Assembly (NCBI GenBank): GCA_002011125.2
Contig: MTMF02000009.1
Span: 32,001 to 96,000, forward strand
Direction: 5' to 3'
From: Candidatus Hydrothermarchaeum profundi
GTDB lineage: Archaea > Hydrothermarchaeota > Hydrothermarchaeia > Hydrothermarchaeales > Hydrothermarchaeaceae
DNA length: 64,000 nucleotides
Shown here piece after piece: positions 39,877 through 48,270 of the stretch (the first letter of the stretch is position 1; each line of letters begins with the position of its first letter). Below the pieces are notes generated by a model, which saw only the letters and a list, made by a program, of their open reading frames with translations, had not been told where the DNA came from and did not search any database. The position numbers and the translations under genes are program-made.

Positions 39877-40980
39877 TTATGACAATTTATCAATCAATCT
39901 TCTTGCACGACGTATAAGGTATTCAGCATTTCTTTGAGATTCAGCACCTATATCCAACTTTTGATTAACAATCGATATTAACGCACTAGCTACACTGATT
40001 GCCTCCAGTTTTTGTTCTTGAGAAAAATTCACATTATCTCTAATCATGTCTTCATACCTACCAAGTTCCCCAACTAGAGCATTTTGAGCCGCTATTAACC
40101 TATCTGCGTCAGTTTCAAGAAACCAATGATAAATTAAATCACCCAACGACTCACTTATATTCTCACTTTCTGAAACAGGTATATGGTTAATTAGGAAACC
40201 GACGATAATGCCAATCCCTAATGCAGCTAAGGCTGCAATCCAATTGGCGTAAAGCATTGCAAATACTCCCCCCGCTTCAGTACCACCAGACAATAAAGTC
40301 CAACGTGCAAATATGGGCACAATCCTTTCCATCCATACAATACGAGCGTACCACAAAGACGGAACGCCGAATTTCCACCCATTTTTCAGCCACTCAAACA
40401 ATCTTGTCATAAGTTGCCAGAATCTTTCAAGTTGGCCTGCCTGTAAAGCTGCTTCAATTTCCAAGATCATCTGTTCAACAAATGCTGCATCTGCTGGGTC
40501 ATCCATTACCCTTTGAAGTTCCCTCAGGGCCTCTATTAATTCATTAATTTCTGCAGGACTTGGTTGCCAGCCCGTAGGACTTAGAAAAATTGGTGGAATA
40601 TAATAGAAAGATGATGGCGAGCTGTCAAATAGTAAATTCGAATGAAGGATTTTCCAAGGCATAGATTTTGATTCTTTACCAGGCTTAGGAATGGATTTTA
40701 AAAATTTTGTCATACAGTCGATCATAATTTTAGTTTGATTTTCCAAATTGTCTTCCTTCCAATCGATTTTTTGGGCACGCCGGTTAAATTTAGCTAATTC
40801 TTCAGAGATGTCTTCATTCCTTGATTCATCAGGTATTATCTTTCGAATAGACCTGGAAAGAAGATATCCTTGGCTTATCATACTCAAGACTTGAAATGAA
40901 GATCGTTGAATAATCTCTTCAGGTGTTGGGTTTCTTATTTCCTTCAACGGAAATTTTCTATTAGGTTTTTTTTCAACCAT
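39877..40980 (-). CDS. Hypothetical helical protein with a hydrophobic hairpin
   Basis: 367-aa ORF with a G-rich RBS; TM-like segment WIAALAALGIGIIVGFLI. Confidence 0.7.
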   Translation of the reverse strand: MVEKKPNRKFPLKEIRNPTPEEIIQRSSFQVLSMISQGYLLSRSIRKIIPDESRNEDISEELAKFNRRAQKIDWKEDNLENQTKIMIDCMTKFLKSIPKPGKESKSMPWKILHSNLLFDSSPSSFYYIPPIFLSPTGWQPSPAEINELIEALRELQRVMDDPADAAFVEQMILEIEAALQAGQLERFWQLMTRLFEWLKNGWKFGVPSLWYARIVWMERIVPIFARWTLLSGGTEAGGVFAMLYANWIAALAALGIGIIVGFLINHIPVSESENISESLGDLIYHWFLETDADRLIAAQNALVGELGRYEDMIRDNVNFSQEQKLEAISVASALISIVNQKLDIGAESQRNAEYLIRRARRLIDKLS

Positions 40981-41066
40981 TTTTTACCCCCCCTTTCACC
41001 AAGTACCAATTAATTAGATTTCTACTTAAAACTTTCGTCTTTAGAATTTTTTCCAAAAAATAAAAG

Positions 41067-41462
41067 CTATATTAGTGTAGAGTCTTTAGATTTCTCAAGC
41101 ATGCATAACAGATGCCCAAAACACCCGAGGATAAAGTTGCTGGCCAAATGTGTTGCCCTTAAATGCCTAAAAAGAGTGGGGTAAATCCTCTTTCTTATAC
41201 CTGCTCTTTTCGCAAGGGTATGCGCTTTCATTACTTGCAGAAATGTTCTTGATTTGCAGAATAGCAAGACCAACGCTTTTTCCCTTTGTATCTCTGTAAT
41301 TCTTTTTTGAGTTTCCGCATCAATCTGTAATTGCTTTCCCAATTTCTTCGATAAGTTTCTAATTAAATCAAATTCGCTTGAAAGCTTCAATCCCTCATCA
41401 AAAGGAATTATCTCTATATTTTCGTTGATTATTAGCTCTTTATCCAGTTTACAGTATTTCAA
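41067..41462 (-). pseudogene. Tyrosine recombinase/integrase relic
   Basis: LAKRAGIRKRIYPTLFRHLRATHLA = box II (H-x-x-R) region; N-terminal catalytic Arg and C-terminal Tyr regions are missing. Confidence 0.75.
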
Positions 41463-41502
41463 GATATAAAACAGTCATATTCCTTCATAGGGCCTTACAC
41501 TA

Positions 41503-41676
41503 TTAACCCTTCTTGCTCTTTTTATACTCGCTTACAAAAGCAGCTAACGCTTGGTAACCCACGTCGGACTCGGAGGAGAAGTCCCCGTTTTCTATCATCT
41601 TCCGGATCTCTCTGTACAAGTAGGGTGAGACATAAACTGTGATCCTCTCTTTTCGTTTCAGTTGTTCTTTAGGCAC
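41503..41676 (-). CDS. RHH protein, 57 aa (not in ORF track)
   Basis: GGGGTGA RBS + GTG; MPKEQLKRKERITVYVSPYLYREIRKMIENGDFSSESDVGYQALAAFVSEYKKSKKG; close paralog of 57391-57567. Confidence 0.85.
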   Translation of the reverse strand: MPKEQLKRKERITVYVSPYLYREIRKMIENGDFSSESDVGYQALAAFVSEYKKSKKG

Positions 41677-41779
41677 TTTATCACCCCTTATTTGTATTCT
41701 ATAGAGAAGATTATAAGGGTTTTGCTATGGCATTTTTGTCTTTTGAAGTAGTCAAAGAGGGAAGGCGCTCCTATTTCTT

Positions 41780-42223
41780 CTACTTTATTTTTTTCTTCAC
41801 TGTTTTACCGTAGGTATCTGTCACAACCAGATAAAGATCATCCTTCCCCACTATCTCTAGTTTTCTTTTCAGAACGAATGTAAGGTGTTTGTTAACTGTT
41901 TTACCAACTGGTAAGTCAAAAATCGGCCTAAACATTCCAATAGGTTCGGAAAAATCATGTACATTTACATTTTCATCAGGCGCAAGACGAATCTTGTATC
42001 TAGGAATATGTAGCTGTACATCTCTAATCGAGGTTGGCTTCTTCGATAAATTCAAAACATCAAAATCGACATTAAAGTAGGTAGCGTCTTCTTCTTCGGT
42101 TACCATAAGCTTGTTGATTATTACATCGAACCTATTCCTTTCATCTAGAATTCTCCAGCATAAGCTTATAGTGCCGGTAATCGCACCAACAACCGCTATA
42201 AAAGTCGTAATACCTTCAGGCAT
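41780..42223 (-). CDS. Hypothetical protein, N-terminal TM + beta-sandwich
   Basis: TM followed by V.N.S..P.SI Ig-like pattern. Confidence 0.7.
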   Translation of the reverse strand: MPEGITTFIAVVGAITGTISLCWRILDERNRFDVIINKLMVTEEEDATYFNVDFDVLNLSKKPTSIRDVQLHIPRYKIRLAPDENVNVHDFSEPIGMFRPIFDLPVGKTVNKHLTFVLKRKLEIVGKDDLYLVVTDTYGKTVKKKIK

Positions 42224-42390
42224 ACAAGAAATAATAGCTACGAGTCTATATTTTTACGTTTCCATCCGCAGAAAAAAGGCTTAAATGGTATAAATAAATT
42301 GCACAAACCTATGTTTTTTCCTTTGAATTTCTCTTAGTTTTTATTTCCTTTTACAATGATCTTAATTTAACTTATCCCCCCTTAATATGC

Positions 42391-42837
42391 TTATGAGCTA
42401 TAAGAGAATTTTCCGAACTTCGTTATCAGTTGAATGAAAATTTTTCCTTCCGTTCTAGTAATTTCAACCGTTGCTCCTTCCAATACTTTACTAATTTTCT
42501 TGATTACATTGAGTTCTGGTTTAGATATTTTATATTTGCCTTTCTTGTACCCCTCATAAAAAAGATATACAATTGCTCCAAACCCAGCTCCTAGACCTGA
42601 GCCAAGTATGCCTCCTATAGAGCCTAATAGTGCTCCACCAGTTACCGCTTTTAATTGTTTTTTCTCGTCTGGCGACAACTTTTTAATCTCTTCCAAAGCT
42701 TTCGTCCCTGCTGGACCAGCTAATCTTTCACTTAACTCCTCAATAATATCCTTAGAAGCTATTATCTTCCCTCCACTAGGAACTCGTAATTCTTCTTTTT
42801 TTCTTTCTTTTTTCTTTTTCTGTTCTTCCTTCGTCAT
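42391..42837 (-). CDS. Hypothetical glycine-zipper membrane protein
   Basis: GGALLGSIGGILGSGLGAGFGA; AGGAGG RBS. Confidence 0.7.
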   Translation of the reverse strand: MTKEEQKKKKERKKEELRVPSGGKIIASKDIIEELSERLAGPAGTKALEEIKKLSPDEKKQLKAVTGGALLGSIGGILGSGLGAGFGAIVYLFYEGYKKGKYKISKPELNVIKKISKVLEGATVEITRTEGKIFIQLITKFGKFSYSS

Positions 42838-42937
42838 AAAACCTAACCTCCTAGTCTTCTATTATGATTCAATACCTATTAAGGTTTTTTCTGGATTTCA
42901 AAAGCCACATATACCTCAATCCTTTGATACTCTGGGT

Positions 42938-43141
42938 ATGGAAAATAGCAGATGCCTGAAACATCCGAAGATAAAGCTCTTACTCAAGCTGCTTGAGAAA
43001 TGCCAAAGTTGCGAGAGGTTCCAAGGATCTGTTCCTATCGATGGCTATGTTCTCATTCATTGTGGTAGTAAACCAGAGAATGGATTGAAAAATGGTTGTC
43101 GGTATGTTGTGATGCAGAACCGTATACCGAGTGCTCTTTGA
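42938..43141 (+). CDS. Small Cys-rich hypothetical protein
   Basis: RCLKHP...KCQSCERFQG...IHCG...GC. Confidence 0.45.
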   Translation: MENSRCLKHPKIKLLLKLLEKCQSCERFQGSVPIDGYVLIHCGSKPENGLKNGCRYVVMQNRIPSAL

Positions 43142-43345
43142 GGAGCTTCAGGGTGTTCACAAACGTCCTACAGGCCTCTCTTTCCATCACCTTAATCTAA
43201 TAGCGCTGGTGCATTATCGTTCCCCTTCCCAAAAGTTACTTTCGGAAGTACTGATAATGATAGAAAATTTTAAATATGAGTTACGTATAGTGAGTTATAT
43301 CTACAAGTTATGAATCACAACTTATAGCTTAGATAGTTGATTGAG

Positions 43346-44200
43346 ATGATCTGCATAAAATGCGGTTTAACAAAAAGGGGTGAAGAAGATTTTTTCATTT
43401 GCGAGGATTGTAAAGATTTTTCGAAAATAGTAGATGACATTTATGCTGACATAGATACTAAGATGGAAACGTTGGAAAATATAGACCCCGATACAAACCC
43501 GATATTTCGGTTATTGTCTGATAGTTCATTTGTTACGGCACAAAATCCACAGACAGCGATTTTTTATAAATTATGTGAATTTATAGTCGCACGGGCATTA
43601 AATGGCGTTACCGAAATTACGGAAGATGAGCTTAATAGAGAAATAAGAACGACTAGGGCTTGGAGTGATGCATTTAAAGTTTTTGAAGAGTTAAATCTCG
43701 TTAAAGTAAAAACTGAAAAATATAGGAGAGTCTTAATTTTAACGGATAAAACTAAGAAATTCGCCAACCAATACTTAGACGGTGAACCTCTAAGTGAACA
43801 AATAAGAATTAGATTAGCTCACATATATGCGGGTTATGTTTTGTTATATATACTAAAAAAAATAGCGGAATTAGATAAAGAATATGATATTACAATGTTA
43901 CCTTATAAGCAAAGACCGAGAACATTGTGGACTATATTAATGTTCCTGTGGGCTACCGCATATAACGGGAGAGAGAAATTTACCGAAGAAGATTTAAGAG
44001 CATTCATTTCGAGGAGGAGAATTCCGTCCATAACGAGAGGGAGGATAATTAGGTCGCTTCAAACAATTGATGGAAAGTTCGTGCAAGGATTAATAAAAGA
44101 TATGAGCATCGTAGGTGGAAATATAACTTTTAAATTTGAGGATTATGTTATGGTAGAGATGGAAAGAGTTAGAGAAAGAATTAGAGAAAGGGAGAGATAG
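43346..44200 (+). CDS. Zn-finger + tandem winged-helix-like protein A with Glu-Arg C-terminal tail
   Basis: CIKCG..CEDC; WH-like segments EITEDEL..FEELNLVK..LILT and KFTEEDL..; ends ERVRERIRERER. Confidence 0.75.
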   Translation: MICIKCGLTKRGEEDFFICEDCKDFSKIVDDIYADIDTKMETLENIDPDTNPIFRLLSDSSFVTAQNPQTAIFYKLCEFIVARALNGVTEITEDELNREIRTTRAWSDAFKVFEELNLVKVKTEKYRRVLILTDKTKKFANQYLDGEPLSEQIRIRLAHIYAGYVLLYILKKIAELDKEYDITMLPYKQRPRTLWTILMFLWATAYNGREKFTEEDLRAFISRRRIPSITRGRIIRSLQTIDGKFVQGLIKDMSIVGGNITFKFEDYVMVEMERVRERIRERER

Positions 44201-44205
44201 TATAA

Positions 44206-44964
44206 ATGGAAATGAAAATCGATGATGAACTAGAAGTTGTCAGTGGAAGGACCTTGCCTGAGGTTGATCTTCTTCCTCAACTTAAAGAAATAGAAGGTAT
44301 AATATCAAGGACTTGCGAATATTTCTTTAAGGGGAATCTCGTGATGAAAAATTCACCGTTTAAAGGTTTTATATTAGAAGGGCCTCCTGGAACTGGTAAA
44401 ACAGAGATAATAAAACAAGTGGCTAGAAAATTAGATAGAAGATTACAAACAGTTTCTTTTTTGTTTGTTGATGGTGCGTCTATAGCAGCACCAAAATGGG
44501 GAGATGCTGAAAAAAAATTAAGAAGCATTTTTAGATGGATAAAGAAACAATCTAAAAATTCAAAATTATTAATTCTGTTTGATGACATTGAAAGTTTGAT
44601 GTTAACTAGGGGGACAGAACTAGCTAAAGAATGGCATTATTCGATTAACTCCATTCTTTTTCACGAAATAGACAAGCTCAATCCATACAAAGTTATTGTA
44701 TGTGCCACCACCAATCGCCCAGATTTAGTTGATGAAGCAATAAGAACAAGATTATACCCAATCCAAGCACCAAATCTACCATTAGATCAACTCATGATCG
44801 CTGTAAATGAAATTTTAGAAGCAAGCAATATGAAAAATGAAGATAAAAAATTCGTCGCTGAGAAAATCAAGGAAAAATTAAAGAAAATGGAAAATCCGAC
44901 AATAAGAGATGCACGACAAATAACTGTGATGGAATGCATTGAAAGGAGGTTGTGGTCGGTATGA
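44206..44964 (+). CDS. Stand-alone classic-clade AAA ATPase
   Basis: GPPGTGKT, pore loop PKWGDAEK, LFDDIE, TTNRPDLVDEAIRTR. Confidence 0.92.
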   Translation: MEMKIDDELEVVSGRTLPEVDLLPQLKEIEGIISRTCEYFFKGNLVMKNSPFKGFILEGPPGTGKTEIIKQVARKLDRRLQTVSFLFVDGASIAAPKWGDAEKKLRSIFRWIKKQSKNSKLLILFDDIESLMLTRGTELAKEWHYSINSILFHEIDKLNPYKVIVCATTNRPDLVDEAIRTRLYPIQAPNLPLDQLMIAVNEILEASNMKNEDKKFVAEKIKEKLKKMENPTIRDARQITVMECIERRLWSV

Positions 44965-45320
44965 TATTATTAGAGGAAGTTCCTAAAACTGGAATACTCA
45001 TTTTAACTGTATATTTTCCGATGGGCAAATACAAAGGATATTTTCAAAATGAGGCCAGAAAAAGATTGAAAGAGAAAATTCCTAGAATTGATGAAAAGGA
45101 AAAATTAGGGTTAGAGTTAGAACCTTTGCAATTCAGTCTTGTGAGAACTATTTCTGGAAATATTAGTAGAGCTGGAGGTGTGCAGTGGCAGTTCGGTTAT
45201 AAAAATATGACGCCCAAAAAATTTAAAATATTATACGAAAATATAAAAAGACTTTCTACTCCTGAGTGGTGGGGTAGTTTCGATGTCCTTATAGCGAGTA
45301 ATGTAGCGGGAGTAGATTAG
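44961..45320 (+). CDS. Hypothetical alpha/beta protein in the SMC operon
   Basis: AGGAGG RBS and ATGA overlap with the AAA stop codon. Confidence 0.8.
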   Translation: MILLEEVPKTGILILTVYFPMGKYKGYFQNEARKRLKEKIPRIDEKEKLGLELEPLQFSLVRTISGNISRAGGVQWQFGYKNMTPKKFKILYENIKRLSTPEWWGSFDVLIASNVAGVD

Positions 45321-45321
45321 T

Positions 45322-45450
45322 ATGGACGAATTTGAAAAAATCATTGATAATTTAGCTCGTGAAAAAGTGAATAAGAAAAAATTTGAAAAATTATTAAATG
45401 AAAGATTAAAAGAGATTAAAACAGATATTATAAAGGAGGCTTCTAGATAA
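45322..45450 (+). CDS. 42-aa helical microprotein (not in ORF track)
   Basis: MDEFEKIIDNLAREKVNKKKFEKLLNERLKEIKTDIIKEASR; exactly fills the gap (TAG-t-ATG ... TAA-ATG). Confidence 0.65.
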   Translation: MDEFEKIIDNLAREKVNKKKFEKLLNERLKEIKTDIIKEASR

Positions 45451-47394
45451 ATGGAAGCCAATTTATATATTAAAGATATTGGAGGATTAAGAGGAGAGAG
45501 GGTTTTTAAATTAAAAAAAGGAAAGTTAAATTTAATTGAAGCTTCAAATAGTGGCGGAAAAACTTCCGTTATAAAGGCATTAACTGCTGTTTTATCAATA
45601 CCTCCAGATGGTTATCTTGATTTATATACCGATAAAGAAGCTAGGAAACTTGGCATTAAAAGCGAAGAGCGTAATCCACAACAGGGATTTGTTAATATAC
45701 ATGCAAAAGAGGGAACTGTCAGATTAGAAATAAATGATAAAACTGAGACATATCGTGTCAAACAAAGTGGTGAACATATAGAGTTGCCACAAGAAGGGGA
45801 TCAAAGATTCCTCTTAGCTGGAATATTATCTAATGATAGTAGGATATTAAGACAACTAAGGGGATTAGATGAAGAATACGAACCCGAAGATTTTAAATGG
45901 GCAGTTACACAACTTTCATTTGCAAAAAATTACGATGAAATAAGGGACTATCTTCTGACTAAAAAAGAGGACCTATTAGAGAAAGAATATGCTGCAGAGA
46001 GAAAAATCGAACAATTAGCAAGTTTGGACATAGAACGGCAAAAATTGCTGAAGAAAAGAGATAAACTTGATAAAGAATTAAAAGAATTGGGAGCCAAATT
46101 TAAAGGTATTAAAGATCCTATTAGAAAAAGAAAAGACTTAACCGACAACATAAATAAATACGAAGAATTTAAAGGAAAAAAAATTGGAGAAATAAAAAAG
46201 AAAAAAGATGAAATAAAAAACTTAGAAAAGAAACTAAGTGTATTAGATAAAAAAATTAAAGAAAAAAACAAAGAATTAAAAAATATACAAATTGAAGCTT
46301 TAGAAAAAGAAAATAAGATAAAAAAGGAAGAAAATGAGGAAAAAATTACTAAACTTAAAGAAAAACGAAGCGGAATAGATGGTCTTCTAAATTTATTTGT
46401 AACTGCTCAATCTAGTTTAAGAGGAACATCCGAGGAGATTATTTGCCCTTTATGCAACGACGGAACTATAAGTTATAAGGAAGTTGAATCGAGATTAAAG
46501 GATTTGCGGGCTCAAAAGGACAAAATAAGTAGTGAAATTAAAAATCTAAATTTGGAAAATATTCGATTATCTCAGGAATTACAAAAACAAGTGGACTACC
46601 GAGATAAGTTAAAAAGGGAACTTCGTGATCTTGAAGGCGAAAAATATCATCTAAACAAAGCATTGAACGAACGGAAAATGGAATTAGGCCAACTACAATA
46701 CGATATAGAACAGCATAATCAAATGATTTCAAAATGGAAAAAACAGTTAGAGATTCTAAGAAGTAAAATTAGTTCAGAAGATGAGGAACTCGATAAACTA
46801 TACACCAAAAAAGAGAGAGAAAGAGCAGAAGTTTCAGTCCGTATAAGTGATATTAACCGAGAGTTAGAAGAATCTTCTATGGAAGTAGACGGAGATATAG
46901 TTGAACCAAAAATTGCTAAACAGATCTATGAGAAGTGGATTGAATATATCGAAAATAAAATAGAATTTACTAAAAAAAGAGCAGATGAGCAAAGACAAGA
47001 AGCTGCTAAGCAATTTAATGCTAATATAAATGAGCTGATGGCTGAATTAGGATTTAAAGAATTTAGAAATATTAAACTAAACAATAATTACCAATTATAT
47101 GTTGAAAGGCTTAAAGAAAAAACTGGAGAGTATGTTCCACAACAAGTTAAGAGCTTGAGTACATCTGAAAAATTGACAATCGCTATGATATTGCAAATCG
47201 CTTTAAAGGAAACATATCTCCCGAATACTAACTTTTTCATTTTAGATGATATAATCTCAGATTTTGATGAAGATAGAAAAAATATAGTATTAAATTACTT
47301 ATTGAACAAAGCTAAAGAAAAAGATTGGTTTATTGTAGCTACAAATCTGATTGAAGAAGATAAACCTGTAGAAATTCGATATTTTGGAGGGTAG
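45451..47394 (+). CDS. Short SMC/Rad50-like ATPase with zinc hook (archaea-specific SMC-related, Sph/ClsN-like)
   Basis: IKDIGGL, Walker A ASNSGGKTS, coiled coils around CPLC, signature LSTSEK, Walker B FILDD, D-loop SDFD. Confidence 0.9.
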   Translation: MEANLYIKDIGGLRGERVFKLKKGKLNLIEASNSGGKTSVIKALTAVLSIPPDGYLDLYTDKEARKLGIKSEERNPQQGFVNIHAKEGTVRLEINDKTETYRVKQSGEHIELPQEGDQRFLLAGILSNDSRILRQLRGLDEEYEPEDFKWAVTQLSFAKNYDEIRDYLLTKKEDLLEKEYAAERKIEQLASLDIERQKLLKKRDKLDKELKELGAKFKGIKDPIRKRKDLTDNINKYEEFKGKKIGEIKKKKDEIKNLEKKLSVLDKKIKEKNKELKNIQIEALEKENKIKKEENEEKITKLKEKRSGIDGLLNLFVTAQSSLRGTSEEIICPLCNDGTISYKEVESRLKDLRAQKDKISSEIKNLNLENIRLSQELQKQVDYRDKLKRELRDLEGEKYHLNKALNERKMELGQLQYDIEQHNQMISKWKKQLEILRSKISSEDEELDKLYTKKERERAEVSVRISDINRELEESSMEVDGDIVEPKIAKQIYEKWIEYIENKIEFTKKRADEQRQEAAKQFNANINELMAELGFKEFRNIKLNNNYQLYVERLKEKTGEYVPQQVKSLSTSEKLTIAMILQIALKETYLPNTNFFILDDIISDFDEDRKNIVLNYLLNKAKEKDWFIVATNLIEEDKPVEIRYFGG

Positions 47395-47395
47395 G

Positions 47396-48202
47396 ATGAA
47401 TTGTCGAATTTGTGGCATTGAATTAGAAGATTTAACTTCAAAACTATGTAAAAAATGTGATTTAACATTATTTCAAATTTTAGATATCATAGAGATATAT
47501 GTAAAAGAAAAAAATCCTCCAGAGTGGCTAACTAATGCCGTGCAAGAGTTAGCATGGATATATCAGGCATATCCAAGGACTGCCGGATATTTTAACACAG
47601 CAGTTGAAATCCTCGAAATTTTTACTATTTTTGGGGCAAGTGAAATACCATTGAAAGAAATAAAAGAAGTCAATTATACTTCTCTCCCGACTAATAAAGT
47701 ACTCTCATTTCTAGAAGAAGCTCTATTGATCGAAAGAGATAATGAAGTAATACGGCCTGGAAAACTTACTAAAAAACTTCAAGAAATTAGGTGGGAAGGT
47801 TATAAAATGGATTCACCTGAAATGGAAAAAAAAATTTTAGAGATTCATGGAATTCTTACTGTTGCATTGACAAAATCATTGATTCAAACCGGATTTTATA
47901 TACCAAGAGGAGCATTAGCTATTTTTGATATGTTATCACATCATATCCTTACCAGCGGTAAAAAGATTGATCCGATACTTTCAAATTATTCTATAGATTT
48001 AGCAACAATAAAATTACCTATTAGGCAAAGACTTCGTTTGATACGCACTATGTCGGGATTTGTAAATGGTAAAACAAAAATTATTTCGGATAATACTGAA
48101 AAAGGAGAAAAACCACTCAAGCCGGTTATAATTAAGTATCTAGAAAAAGAATTTGAGAGATATAGAGAACGTGAAAGAGAACGTGAAAGAGAATTGCTTT
48201 AA
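47396..48202 (+). CDS. Zn-finger + tandem winged-helix-like protein B with Glu-Arg C-terminal tail (paralog of A)
   Basis: CRICG..CKKC; EIPLKEI..LSFLEEALLIER..IRPG; IPRGAL aligns with A's RPRTLW; ends YRERERERERELL. Confidence 0.75.
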   Translation: MNCRICGIELEDLTSKLCKKCDLTLFQILDIIEIYVKEKNPPEWLTNAVQELAWIYQAYPRTAGYFNTAVEILEIFTIFGASEIPLKEIKEVNYTSLPTNKVLSFLEEALLIERDNEVIRPGKLTKKLQEIRWEGYKMDSPEMEKKILEIHGILTVALTKSLIQTGFYIPRGALAIFDMLSHHILTSGKKIDPILSNYSIDLATIKLPIRQRLRLIRTMSGFVNGKTKIISDNTEKGEKPLKPVIIKYLEKEFERYRERERERERELL

Positions 48203-48270
48203 TATATCTTAATTTGGGTAATCCTTGATACAAGGATTTATATGCTACTTCTTTTATTATTATTTATTGG

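Noticed and set aside
44206-45320. CBASS type III TRIP13/HORMA module
   Set aside because: No CD-NTase nearby and no recognisable HORMA pattern; kept only as an untested possibility.
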